From Mobula hypostoma (lineage: Eukaryota): 64,000 bases of DNA. The stretch covers positions 118,794,001 through 118,858,000 of the forward strand of contig NC_086097.1 in NCBI RefSeq assembly GCF_963921235.1, written 5' to 3'. The notes below the pieces were generated by a model. It saw nothing but the letters and a program-made list of their open reading frames with translations, searched no databases and was not told the DNA's origin. How positions within the stretch are numbered: position 1 is the first letter of the stretch; every line of letters begins with the position of its first letter. The position numbers and the translations under genes were made by a program. Positions 36,519 to 48,675 of this stretch are shown piece by piece.

Positions 36519-38062
36519 GAAAGAGGTGACATAAGATTGGAAGGTGTAAAATTCTTGTGGATACAGTTAAGAAATAGCAAGGTTAAAATGACTCTGATTG
36601 GAGTTATATACAGGCCTCTGAACCGTCCCCAGGACATGGGGTACAAATTGCATGTGAGGAGATGGAAAAGCCATGCAAAAATGGCAATGTTATAAAGGTT
36701 ATGGGAGTTTTCAATATGTATTGCAGGTAGACTGAGAAAATCAGGTTTGTGCTGAATCCCAAGAGAAGGAATTTGTAGAACACCTACAAGATGGCTCTTG
36801 AGAGCAGCTTGTGATTGAGCCCTGTAGGTAAAATATAATTTTAGATTAGTTACTGTGTAAAGAACAAGATTTGATTAATGAGCTTAAGGTAAAGGAACCC
36901 TTACAAGACAGTGATTATAATATGATAGAATTCACCCTGCAATTTGAGAGAGAAAAGCTGAAATCAAATGTATCCGTGTTACAGTGGAGTAAAGGGAATT
37001 ACAAAGTCATGAGAAAGGAGTTGGCCAAAGTTGAAGGAATGATGGTAAAACAGCAAAGTCTAGAGTTTCTGGGAGCGATTCAGAAGGTGCAGGACAGATA
37101 CATCTCAAAAAAGAAGTATTCTAAAGGGAGACTGAGGCAATGGTGGCTGCCAAGGGAAGTCAAAGACAGCACAAAAGAAAAAGAAAGGGCATATAATAAA
37201 ACAAAAATTAGCAAGAGGACTGGGAAGCTTTTTAAACCAACAGAAAGTAACTAAAACGCAATAATGAGCTAAAATATGAAATATGAAGGTAAGCTGGCTA
37301 AAACATATAAGAGGAAACCAAAAGTTGTTTTTTTTTTCAAATATACTGTATAAAGAAAGACGAGAGTGAACATCAGACTGAGGGAAAATGATTATGGATT
37401 GGTAGTAATGGGGAGGGCAAAGAAATGGCAGATGAACTCTAAGTATTTTATGTCAGTCTTCACTGAGGAGGACACCAGCAATATGCTAGAAATTCAAGGG
37501 TGCAAGGGGCATAAGTGAGTTTAGCTGCTACTGCAAATGAGAAAGTGCTTGGGAAGCTTAAAGGTCTGAAGGTAGATAAGTTATCTGGTACAGAAGGACT
37601 ACACCCCAGGGTTCTGACAGACGTAGCTGACGAGATTGCATTAGTAATGATCTTTCAAGAATCATTAGATCCTGGAATGGCTCCAGAGTACTGGAAAACT
37701 GCAAATGAATCACCACTTTCAGAAGGGAAGGAGGCAAAAAACAGGACATTGTAGGCCAGTTAGCCTGACTTCAGTGGTTGGTAAGATGTTGGAGTCTTCT
37801 GTTAAGGATGACGTGTCGGTGTGCTTACAGGTATATGATAAAATAGGCCAAAGTCAGCATGGTATCCTTAAGGGGAAATCCTGCCTGACAGATCTATTGG
37901 AATTCTTTAAAGAAATAACAGGCAGGAGAGACAAAGGAATGTCAGTGGATATCATTTACTTGGATTTTCAGAAAGCCCTGGACAAAGTGCCACACTTGAG
38001 ACTGCTAAACAAGATAAAAGTTCATGGCATTACAGGAAAGATACCAGCTTGAATAGAAGATT
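36519..38062 (+). mobile_element. Degenerate CR1 ORF2 (EN end to RT), both ends missing
   Basis: GVIYRP, DSDYNMIEF, GLHPRVL, RPVSLTSVVGKMLES, GKSCLTDL, YLDFQKALDKVPH. Confidence 0.9.
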
Positions 38063-38249
38063 GTTTCTTAACTAGAACATTGATAATTTCTTTCCCCAGT
38101 TTGAACTTTTCGACAGTCTGATTTTGTCCAGCAGATAATTTGTTGCTCCAGATTCTAGCGACTGCAGACTCACTTCTTCTTGATACTTAAATCTGAAATG
38201 ACATAAAAATCAATATGCTGTCTGGAAAACAGGAATCTGGTTTGATAGC

Positions 38250-38811
38250 CACTCAGTGACCACTTTATTAGGCACCTCCAGTACCTAATAAAGTGGCTAC
38301 TGAGTGTATATTCAATGTCTCCTGCTGCTGTAACGCATCCACTTCAAGAATCAATGTGCTGTGCATTCAGAGATGACCTTCTGCACATCAGTGTTTTAAC
38401 ATGTGGTTATTGGAATTATTATCATCCTCCTGTCAGTTTGAAACAATTTGGCTATTCTTCTTTGTGATCTCTCATTGACAAGGTGTTTTCACCCAGAGCA
38501 GAGCTGCTCACTGAATGTTTTGTTTTGTTTTTTGTACCATTCTCTGTGAACCCTAGATGTTGTTGTGCATGAAGATCCCAGGAGATCAGCTGTTTCTGAG
38601 ATACTCAAAACATCCTGTCTGGCATCATTCCACTGCCAAAGTCACGTGGGTCACATTTCTTCCACATTCTGATGTTTGGTCTGAACAACAAATGAACACT
38701 TGACATATCTTCCTGTTCTTATGCATTGAGTTGCTGCCACATGATTGGCTGATTAGATAATTGCATTAATGAGCAGGTGTACAGGTGTACCTAATAAAGT
38801 GGCCACTGAGT
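38250..38811 (+). mobile_element. Tc1/mariner-like MITE (about 560 bp)
   Basis: TIRs cactcagtgaccactttattagg ... cctaataaagtggccactgagt; non-coding; homologous to 2658-5018 and 39818-40373. Confidence 0.85.
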
Positions 38812-39817
38812 CCAGGCTACACAGTCCAAACTATCACTGTGTACAACACGCAACACCAGAGCAATCCAGTTATATTGTCTTTTTTTTAATGTGGTTCTTG
38901 GCTCATGAAACAACACCTGATTCATTCTGAAAGGCATATTCATTTTGTTAGACTAAATGAAAAAGTCAAATTTCCACAGAGATTTCTTTCACATGATCCC
39001 TGTGATATGACGTCAAGTGAAAAATATAGTTATCCAGGGAAATCAGTGTAAGCAACATTTATATCTCTTTTTTCCTGCTTCCATACAGGTTTTGACAGAG
39101 AAGCAGAAGGACCTCCCAAAGAGAATCATCCCTGATGCATCATTCTAAGGATGATGTACTTTATTGCAGGTACATTGTCTACAGTGTCTGGATAAATATG
39201 TGTAACCTTGTACATGTGGGATCTGAATTATTTTCCAAATATATGAGAAGGACCTAGCTTGATCTAATTTCCCATGATAGTCACGACTGTCAAAGTTCAT
39301 GCAGTTGTTGGCAGATAGATTTTTTGCTGTAACCATAGTAACTCAGGCATTGGAGTAATGTTTACTTGCTGTTTTCAATACATTTAATGCAGTGCAAATA
39401 TAGTTGTGCTTTTCAGTAAAGAATGGGAACTGAATAACGTTTGTCTATTGTGCACCTTTAAAAGCTTTCTCCTGAGACTCCTCATATCTCCTGAACACCT
39501 TAGCACGTCTCAAATGAGCACATTTTTATCTGCCCTGGTTCTGCAATTCTCTTCTTGATCCCTTAGGATTTCCTTCACAACAGTTCTGTGGGGTCTCACC
39601 TGATTGGTTGACCAATGTAATGTCTGTAGGTTCTCAGCAGAGGCAAGACTAGTGGTGGGTGAGGGAGTGGTGTGTGGTGTGCCCTCTTCTTATTTCTAAC
39701 ATCAGGGAAGAGGTAGGGGAGCCCTGAAGACAGGCATTCAACAGTTTAGGAACAGCTTCTTTCCCTCCAGTGTCAGATTTTTGAATGGTCCACGAACTGA
39801 TGAAGATTGCCACAGTA

Positions 39818-40373
39818 CATTCAGTGGATACTTTACCAAATACCTCCTGTAGCTAAGTAAAAGTGGATACAGAGTGCATGTTCATGGTCTTCTGCTGCTG
39901 TAGCCCAATTAGTTCAAGGTTTGACATGTTGTGCATTCAATGGTGCTCTTTTGCACTGTTGTAACGTGTGGTTATCTGAGTCATGGTCACTTTCTGACAG
40001 CTTGAACTAGTCTTGGCTATTTTCCACTGACCTCCCATTAGCAGGGCATTTTTACCCACAGAACTGCTACACACTGGATTTCTTTTGTTTGTTTTTTTAC
40101 ACCATTCTCTGTAAACTTGTGCATGAAAATCCCATGAGATCAACGGTTTCTGAGATACTCAAACCATCCATCTGGCACTAATAATTGTTTCACAGTCAAA
40201 GTCAGTTGGGTCACATTTCTGTCCCCATTCTGTTGTTTAGTCTTAACAACACTGAACCTGTTGATTATGTCTGCATGATTTTATCATTGAGTTGCTGCCA
40301 TTTGATTGGCTGATTAGATTTTTGCATTAATGAGCAGTGATACAGGTTTACTTAAAAAAGTGGTCATTAAGTG
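39818..40373 (+). mobile_element. Older copy of the same Tc1-like MITE
   Basis: TA|cattcagtggatacttt ... aaagtggtcattaagtg; colinear with 38250-38811. Confidence 0.8.
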
Positions 40374-42965
40374 TGTGTTCTATGTTATTAAATTCATGTT
40401 TGACAGGATAGCACTGCTCCCTACCCTACCATTTGCTTCTAATATTTAGGTTACCTACAGTTGGCAGGTCTTTGGTCCTAACTGTCTCTGCTTTATCATA
40501 GGCATCAGTCTCTATACATCTCCATTCTTCATTGGAAAGGACATAGGGCGCACCATTTCTTTCTTAAAGACCCAATCACTTCCCTTCAACAAATATTCAT
40601 CCTCTTGGAGAAAATGTCCTCGAAATAACCTCTTATATTCTACTTGTATAGTTTACAATCCAGAAGTATGAATGCAGAAGTTTTTCAGGTAACCCATATC
40701 CATTGTAGTTTTCTTCCACAGATATCTACCTCCTCACCTAGTTCTCTTCTCCCTTTGTTCACTTCAATTGTTTCCCCCTCCCATCCACCGAGTTTCACCT
40801 GCTCACAATCCCCTCCTCATGTGGCTTCACCTATCACCTACAAACCCCTCTCCTTCTCCATCTTGTATTGCAATTGACTGTCTCTTTGCTCTAAGTCCTC
40901 ATGCAGGGTCTCAGCCTCAAGTGTTGACTTATACCTTTTGCTTCTATGGATATTTTTGACCTGCTAAAACCTTCCAGTGTTTTGTTTTTGTTGAGAGCAC
41001 TTTGGTATTCAGTGCTGTGGTTGTTTGCAGGGGAGAGGACTCTGGTGTTTGATTACTTATCCTGATTGTGGTTTTCAAGAATTTTTCAAAGCCAGAGCTG
41101 GTATTATCTCTGTAGTGCCTGCAATAGGTAACCTTTGTCTTAAAAGCACATAGGAAGGCCAGAAGTAGTTCTATCACGAATTTAAGAACATTGAACATAA
41201 AACATTAGAACACACGACAGACCCTTCAGCCTACGATGTTCCGCTGACATTTTAACTTATATTTGAAGATCAAGTTAACCCTTCCCTCCTTCATAACTCT
41301 CCATTTTTCTATCATTCATGTGCCTATTTATGAATTTCTTAAATGCCCCTACCACTACCATACACCCACCAGACTCTTTGTAAAGAATTTACCTCTGAGA
41401 TCCTCCAATCACCTTAACATTACTCCCCCCCGGTATTAGCCATTTCTGACCTGGGGAAAGAAGTTTCTGGCATACTACTCAATTGGTTCTAGGTTTGTGG
41501 TCTTGACCTTCAAATGATACTCTCTACAGATAGTTAATACTGAAGGGAATTTTATCTTTGCTATCTGTTTTCACAGTGAGGTGGCTATTTGGTTGTCAAC
41601 TATTTCCAGGCTCTTGCTGTGGACCTTCTTTTTGGAATGCAATGATATACATTGAGAAGATTTGTGCATAACCTTTGCTTCATGAATGTTAACTATCCAA
41701 CTTCTCCTGCTTCAATTAACAAGTTGATGACTTGCAACCCCAAATGTACACTTGGATAACCATGTGCGCCTGCCGGAGTGAAGGTTCAAGACGTTACCCT
41801 GAAGTCTCCTTCTCCATTTTGAGAGGTTATAGGCCAGAGATTCACGTAAGTCATTGGAGGTGGATGGGAAAATTTTATTTTTGCAAGAAGGCTTTGAGCA
41901 CACTTTTGATCATTTACTCTGTCCACCAAGATAGAGATCATAGCAGAGTGTCAATTTAGGAGTTTGGTCTCAGTCAGATGGACAGGGAAGCCTGCCTAAC
42001 TTCAACATATGAAGGTAACTAGGAGCAGAAATTTTTAAGGGCATGCCTGGTGAATGAACGTTACTTGAGAGAAACTGACTAGGTCTTCATTTTCTTCTAT
42101 TTCTTCTATCTCTTACACAAGGTACATAAACAGGATAGCATTGGTAAGTCTTTGACTCAACATACTCTATCCTTGCCTGAGTAAACTTCTTTCTTTGTAC
42201 CTAGATTTTGTTCTGATGTCCCATTCCGCTTACATCCAGGACTCCACTCAGACTCTCCACTATTTTGATAACTTCAGATGTACCCTCTGAATGCAGACAT
42301 GCCCAAGCATCTCCTGTACACCGCAACTTGATGAATGAGGCAGGGTTGACTTTTGCTCTGTAGCGGAGATGATATAAGTTTGACATTTATTTTTCATTGG
42401 TCCTTTAGATTAGTTCCACATGGGCAGGAAACTCACTGGATGTGAACTGAATCATTGTGGTGAGAAAGATTGAAACTAGTGTCGAGCTGATGACCTAGCG
42501 TTGCTCGACTCTAATCCATATCAAGATTGGATCTGCTGTGAACTATTAGATTGGATCATGGATTGCATGCCATCAAAAAGCCAACATGAGATAGAGTGAA
42601 TATCTGCAGAAGTCAAAGTTGAAGAGGGTGTTCCACAGTGCTTCCATATTGGCAGACTCAAAAACATCCTGCAACCAAAATTGAAAAGAACACACACACA
42701 ATAGCTGATGCCGTTGACAGTATTTCTCTTGAATTTTTGTAGTGAAGGCCACTAGATGGATGGAGCTCACACTGAGAAACAAGGAACAGCTCTTCTGCCT
42801 CTGGACAGAGATGATTAAGGAGGACTAACAGGCGACCTTCTCTGTGGTACCCCTCTGTAGTTGTCCCCTTTCCTGAAAATAATCACAATCTCTTTAATCC
42901 CAAAGGAAGAATTTTCTGTCATTGCCATCTTTATTTTGAAGATAAATATCACCAGTAGGTCTGTG

Positions 42966-44098
42966 ACACAAGAAATTCTGTAGATGCTGGAAATATTAAC
43001 CAACAAACACAAAATGCTGGAGAACCTCAGGACAGGCAGCACCTATGACAGGAGATTGTTCAGGTTGAGACCTTTCATCAGGACTGAAAAGGAAAGTGGC
43101 AGAAGCCAGAAAAAGAAGCTGAGGTGAGGGGAAAGGATACAAGTTAGCAGGTGATAGTTGAAACCAGGTGAGGGGGAAGATGAGTGGATAGGAGAGTGGG
43201 GATGAAGTAAGAAGCTGGGAGGGGGTAGGTGGAAGAGGTAAAGTGCTGAAGAAGATAAATCTGATAGGACAGGACAGTGGAATTAAAAGAAGAAGGTGGG
43301 AAAATGGAGGGAGCTAATGGGCACGTCATGAGGGTAAGGGAGAAGAAGAGAGGGGATGAAAAGGTTATCGAAGAGGGGGGGGCACAAAACAATGAGAAGA
43401 GGGTGGAAACAGAGGGGTGTGGTTATCAGAAGTCAGAGAAATCGATGTTCATGCTATTAGGTTGAAGACTAATCTGACAGAATATGAGATGCTGATGCTC
43501 CAACCTGTGTTTGGCCTCATCATGGTGGTAGAAGGGAGGTCAGTGGGAGACATGTCGGTGTGGAAATGGGAACTTGCATTGAACTGGTGGCCACCTTTTG
43601 CAGTAGACAGAGCAAAGGTGCTCAATGAAGCAGTACCTCAATCTGCGTTGGGTCTCAGCAATGTTGAGGAGATCGCATTGGATGCAACCAATAACCCCTG
43701 TGGATTCACTGGTGGAGTTCTGCCTCCTCTGGAAGGAATGTTTAAGGACCAGAATGGTAGTGAGGGAGGAGATGTAGAAGCAGGAATAAAACGTGTCATA
43801 GTTACAGGGATAAGTGCCTGGTGGGAGATCTGTGGAGAGGAACGAGTAGATAAGGGAGTCTGGGAGAGAGCAATCCTTGCAGAAGGAAGAGGTGGGGAAT
43901 GTAAAGATGTGCCATGTGGTGGAAGATGGTGGAAGTTGCATAGATTGATATGCTGGATATGGAGGCACATGGGGTGGTAGATGAGTACAAGTTATGTTGA
44001 AGTGGGAAGGGAGTAAGGGCAGTTGTGTGGGAAAGGAAGGAGATACGGGTGAGGGCAGCATTGACAGTGGTGGAAGAGAAATCTAATTTTCTGTAGAA
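42966..44098 (-). mobile_element. Penelope-like element with a GIY-YIG endonuclease remnant
   Basis: ORF 43540-44061 contains TSESTGVIGCIQC.LLNIAETQRRLR.CFIEHL, a decayed GIY-YIG (VIY-x-C..YIGET.R.L..R..EH), followed by the terminal repeat common in this window. Confidence 0.8.
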
Positions 44099-44856
44099 AC
44101 AAGCAACAGATGAGAAATTAGTTCTTGGTTATTTGTACTAATATAAATCCATGGGGATCACCTGACTTGTACTTTACATTTGGACCTTTGGATCCAAACA
44201 ATATTCATGCACACATGTAGCCAGTTAAGACTAATTGCTCCCCAATTAAGTTTTCTTTCTGAATATACAGTATCTACACAATCAGACTTATTTCTAAATT
44301 CTTAGCAAAAGTTAAACTACTGGTAAATTTTCAGAACTTCTGATAAATGGTGAACTGCACTCTGCCTCTGAACACGCTTAAAATCGCGGCTTGTTCCACA
44401 GAGGAGAAGGTATTACTGGATCTCTGGCTGCCGAACTGAGAACCCTCTGCTGATTTGAAGCTCCATAGGTGTCTTCAATAAAGATAAAGCTCCTGTGGTA
44501 TTACCACAAATGAAATCTGCCAGCCTTGTGTCACAGGTAATATCTTCGGGTAACCTTAGGGGACAGGCAGCCTACTTCACAATCCTGTTGCACAAATATG
44601 AATTTAAAGTCTCATTACTCTGAAACTGCTGGCAGCTTTCTGTTTTACCTTTGGGAAGTTAACACATCTCCAGACACTTTCCCATTCATCTCTCCATCAG
44701 TTGCTCTGACAACATTTGTAAGTCATCTGGGGTCCAGAGAGAGAGAATTAGCACCCAGGTACAAATGGATAAAAATTTCTAATTAAGATTCAGATTTATT
44801 TGTCACATGTGCTTCGAAACGTACAGTGAAATGTGAAATTTGCATTAGCAACAAAC

Positions 44857-45535
44857 ATTAGATTATTAGATTATGAGGACACGCAGTCCTCTTTTATTGT
44901 CATTTAGTATTGCATGCATTAAGAAATGATACAATGTTCCTCCGGTGTGATATCACAGAAACACAAGGCAGACCGATACTGAAAAACTGACAAAAACCAC
45001 GTAATTATAACATATAGTTACAACAGTGCAAGCAATACCGTAACTTGACGAAGAACAGGCCATGGGCATAGTAAAAAAAGGTTCAAAGTCTCTCGAAAGT
45101 CCCACATCTCACGCATATGAGAGAAGGAAGAAAACTCTCCCTGCCATAAGCTTCCAGCACTGCAAGCTTGCCGATGCAGCATCCTGGAAGCACCCGACCG
45201 CAGTCCAACTCTGAGTCATCTGAAAACTTCAAACCTCCGACCAGTCCTCCGACACCGAGCACCGAGCACCATCACTGCCGAGCGCTTCAACCCCAGCCCC
45301 GGCCACCAGCAACAGGAAAAGCTGAGGATTTGGGGCCTTCCCCTCTGGAGATCCTCGATCGCACAGTAGCAGCGGCAGTGAACCGGGCATTGCAGAAGTT
45401 TCTCCAGATGTTCCTCTGTGCTTTTCACGACTGTCTCCATCAAATCAGAATCATGCACGGCCCCTATTTAACAAATATGATGTCATTTCACCGGAGAGGC
45501 CACGCGCGCTGCGTCGCGTCGCCATCTCCTCCTCC
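44857..45535 (-). mobile_element. Apparently complete non-autonomous retroposon inserted in a SINE
   Basis: CpG-rich 5' end on the minus strand (ggaggagatggcgacgcgacgcagcgcgcg); AATAAA and a short-repeat tail (attagattattagatt on plus); flanks rejoin a SINE tail. Confidence 0.65.
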
Positions 45536-45659
45536 TGCCAACATAACCTAAGGATCTGTTGGGGGCAGCCTGCAAGTGTTGCCACACATTCCGGTGCTAA
45601 TATAAAATGCCCACAATGCTTTGCTGAGCAACACCAAACACAACAAGCACCAAAGCACG

Positions 45660-45940
45660 AGCAACAAACACAAAATGCTGAAGGAATTCAGCAGTCCAGG
45701 CAATGTCTATGAAGGGGACTAAACAGTTGACCTTTCTGGCTGAGACCTTTCTTCAGGACTGGAAAGGAAGGGGGAAGGCACCAGAATAAAAAGGTGGGGC
45801 GAGGGGAAGCAGGATTAGCTAAAAGATGAATGGTGAAGCCAGGTGGGTAGGAAAGATAAAGGGCTGGAGAGGAAGGCATCTGATAGAAGAGAAGAGTGGA
45901 CCATAGGAGAAAGGGAAGGAGGAGGTGTTGGCCAGGAAGA
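45660..45940 (-). mobile_element. Penelope-like terminal fragment (further copies at about 32520-32790, 46140-46290, 49160-49440, 56935-57090, 60255-60480, 62790-62915, 63460-63595)
   Basis: Recurrent caaaatgctg(g/a)aggaa(c/t)tcagc...ttcaggactgga motif plus a purine tract. Confidence 0.7.
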
Positions 45941-46768
45941 ACTACTACGAGGAACATATGGCCGGCAGCAGAAACTCCTTTTTAACTGCCATTATATTTT
46001 CTATTCTTTGACTGTTCTTGGAAGGTCAGGAAAACTTAGTAGGTATGCACACAGGTATTTGGCTGTGTAAGTTCACGTGTTCTTCCATTTAGACAATAAA
46101 GGTACTTGCGATAATTACAGATTCTCTCTATGCCTCCTGATCATTATAACTTGAGGAGGCGTAGGGGGAGGCGATAGGCAGATGAAAAGAGGTAAGATGC
46201 CAGAATTGGGAAATGAAGAAGTGGGGAGGGGAGGGGAATTTCGATTTACCGGAAGGAGAAATCGATATCCATGCCATCAGGTAGGATGACATCAAATCAA
46301 GCCCCTTTCCTCCCTCCCACCCACCCACACACATGGACAGTCCTCCGGCTCCAGGAGAGGCCTCTAGCCTCCAGTCTACAGGTGCCCTTTGTCACCCATC
46401 AACATTACTGTATTTTGAATGCAGAAAGTGAAACACATCCCTGTCCATAAACCCAGATCTGGCCTCGAACATGCTCACATCACTGCCCCTAAACCCTAAC
46501 CTGATCTCTAACTCTGTTCTCCTTCCCAAAACTATCTCTACAAATTTAAAAACTAAGTCTGAGCCACAATCTTGACAGAGAATGCAGCTTGGTGCCACCT
46601 TGAAAAAAATCAGCAGTACTTGGGACCGGAGATAGAATTTTTTTTAATATAAGTAAATAATGCAAAAACAAAAATTCCCATCTCTTTTTCCTCATCATCA
46701 TCTTTTATCTCCTATATATATTCATTGTTAACATTGAACTTCTGGAAAGATACAACGAGACATTACAT

Positions 46769-48181
46769 AATTATAGACCGGTTAGCCTAACGTCGGTGGT
46801 GGGGAAACTGCTGGAGTCAGTTATCAAGGATGTGATAACAGCACATTTGGAAAGCGGTGAAATGATCGGACAAAGTCAGCATGGATTTGTGAAAGGAAAA
46901 TCATGTCTGACGAATCTCATAGAATTTTTTGAGGATGTAACTAGTAGAGTGGATAGGGGAGAACCAGTGGATGTGGTATATTTGGATTTTCAAAAGGCTT
47001 TTGACAAGGTCCCACACAGGAGATTAGTGTGCAAACTTAAAGCACATGGTATTGGGGGTAAGGTATTGTTGTGGGTGGAGAATTGGTTAGCAGACAGGAA
47101 GCAAAGAGTGGGAATAAACGGGACCTTTTCAGAATGGCAGGCAGTGACTAGTGGGGTACCGCAAGGCTCAGTGCTGGGACCCCAGTTGTTTACAATTTAT
47201 ATTAATGACTTGGATGAGGGAATTAAATGCAGCATCTCCAAGTCTGCGGATGACACGAAGCTGGGTGGCAGTGTTAGCTGTGAGGAGGATGCTAAGAGGA
47301 TGCAGGGTGACTTGGATAGGTTGGGTGAGTGGGCAAACTCATGGCAGATGCAATTTAATGTGGATAAATGTGAAGTTATCCACTTTGGTGGCAAAAATAG
47401 GAAAACAGATTATTATCTGAATGGTGGCCGATTAGGAAAAGGGGAGGTGCAACGAGACCTGGGTGTCATTGTACACCAGTCATTGAAAGTGGGAATGCAG
47501 GTACAGCAGGCGGTGAAAAAGGCGAATGGTATGCTGGCATTTACAGCGAGAGGATTCGAGTACAGGAGCAGGGAGGTACTACTGCAGTTGTACAAGGCCT
47601 TGGTGAGACCACACCTGGAGTATTGTGTGCAGTTTTGGTCCCCTAATCTGAGGAAAGACATCCTTGCCATAGAGGGAGTACAAAGGAGGTTCACCAGATT
47701 GATTCCTGGGATGGCAGGACTTTCATATGAAGAAAGACTGGATGAGCTGGGCTTGTACTCGTTGGAATTTAGAAGATTGAGGGGGGATCTGATTGAAACA
47801 TATAAGATCCTAAAGGGATTGGACAGGCTAGATGCAGGAAGATTGTTCCCAATGTTGGGGAAGTCCAGAACGAGGGGCCACAGTTTGAGGATAGAGGGGA
47901 AGCCTTTTAGGACCAAGATTAGGAAAAACTTCTTCACGCAGAGAGTGGTGAATCTGTGGAATTCTCTGCCACAGGAAACAGTTGAGGCCAGATCATTGGC
48001 TATATTTAAGAGGGAGTTAGATATGGCCCTTGTGGCTACGGGGGTCAGGGGGTATGGAGGGAAGGCTGGGGCGGGGTTCTGAGTTGGATGATCAGCCATG
48101 ATCATAATAAATGGCGGTGCAGGCTCGAAGGGCCGAATGGCCTACTCCTGCACCTATTTTCTATGCTTCTATGTTTCTATG
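46769..48181 (+). mobile_element. Young 5'-truncated CR1 LINE with an uninterrupted RT ORF
   Basis: Near-identical to the reverse complement of about 11537-12925; tail ttctatgcttctatgtttctatg. Confidence 0.95.
46796..48082 (+). CDS. CR1 ORF2 reverse transcriptase domain and C-terminus (428 aa, partial, no EN domain)
   Basis: QHGF..KSCLTNL, YLDFQKAFDKVPH, GVPQGSVLGP, SADD (FADD in the sister copy), LVRPHLEYC, TRGH; no stops or frameshifts. Confidence 0.85.
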   Translation: MVGKLLESVIKDVITAHLESGEMIGQSQHGFVKGKSCLTNLIEFFEDVTSRVDRGEPVDVVYLDFQKAFDKVPHRRLVCKLKAHGIGGKVLLWVENWLADRKQRVGINGTFSEWQAVTSGVPQGSVLGPQLFTIYINDLDEGIKCSISKSADDTKLGGSVSCEEDAKRMQGDLDRLGEWANSWQMQFNVDKCEVIHFGGKNRKTDYYLNGGRLGKGEVQRDLGVIVHQSLKVGMQVQQAVKKANGMLAFTARGFEYRSREVLLQLYKALVRPHLEYCVQFWSPNLRKDILAIEGVQRRFTRLIPGMAGLSYEERLDELGLYSLEFRRLRGDLIETYKILKGLDRLDAGRLFPMLGKSRTRGHSLRIEGKPFRTKIRKNFFTQRVVNLWNSLPQETVEARSLAIFKRELDMALVATGVRGYGGKAGAGF

Positions 48182-48675
48182 TATAATATATTGATGAGGC
48201 CTAATTTGGAGTATTGTGTGCAGTTCTGGTCACCTACTTACAGGAAAGATGTAAATAAGATTGAAACTGTACAGAGAAAATTTAAAAGAATTTTGCCGGG
48301 ACTGGAGGATTTGAGTTATGAAGAAAGATTGAATATTTTAGGATTTTATTCCTTAGAACATAGAAGAATGAGGAGAGATTTCAAAGATGTATACAAAATT
48401 ATGAGCGTAGATAGGGTAACTGCAAGCAGCCTTTCTCCATGAGGGGAAACTTCTTCACTCAGAGGTGTGGAACAGGCTGCCAGTGCAAGTGGTGCATGTG
48501 AGCTCAATTTCAATGTTTAAAAGAAATTTCGATAGGTACATGGATGGTAGGGGAATGGAGGGCTATGGTCCTGGTGCAGGTCAATGGGAGTAAGAAGTTT
48601 TAATAGTTTGGCACAGATTAGATGGCCCAAAACACGTGTTTCTATGCTGTACTTTTCTATGACTCAATGACTCTA
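48182..48675 (+). mobile_element. Older CR1 3' fragment directly downstream of the young copy
   Basis: LMRPNLEYCVQFWSP.YRKD..LSYEERL; tail tctatgactcaatgactct. Confidence 0.85.

Noticed and set aside
42450..42860. Unique-looking stretch resembling a pseudogene (similar cases at 44340-44600, 58290-58620, 60660-60920, 63640-63850)
   Set aside because: Frames are interrupted by stops and I recognise no protein family; a TBLASTX search would be needed.
47413..48105. 230-aa minus-strand ORF, and similar antisense ORFs at 13561-14187, 12302-12706 and 55767-56039
   Set aside because: Antisense shadows of CR1 ORF2 with no independent motifs.
46760..48190. TSD for the young CR1 copy (ATAAT-like on both sides)
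   Set aside because: Too short and AT-rich, and it overlaps element sequence, so it cannot be told from chance.
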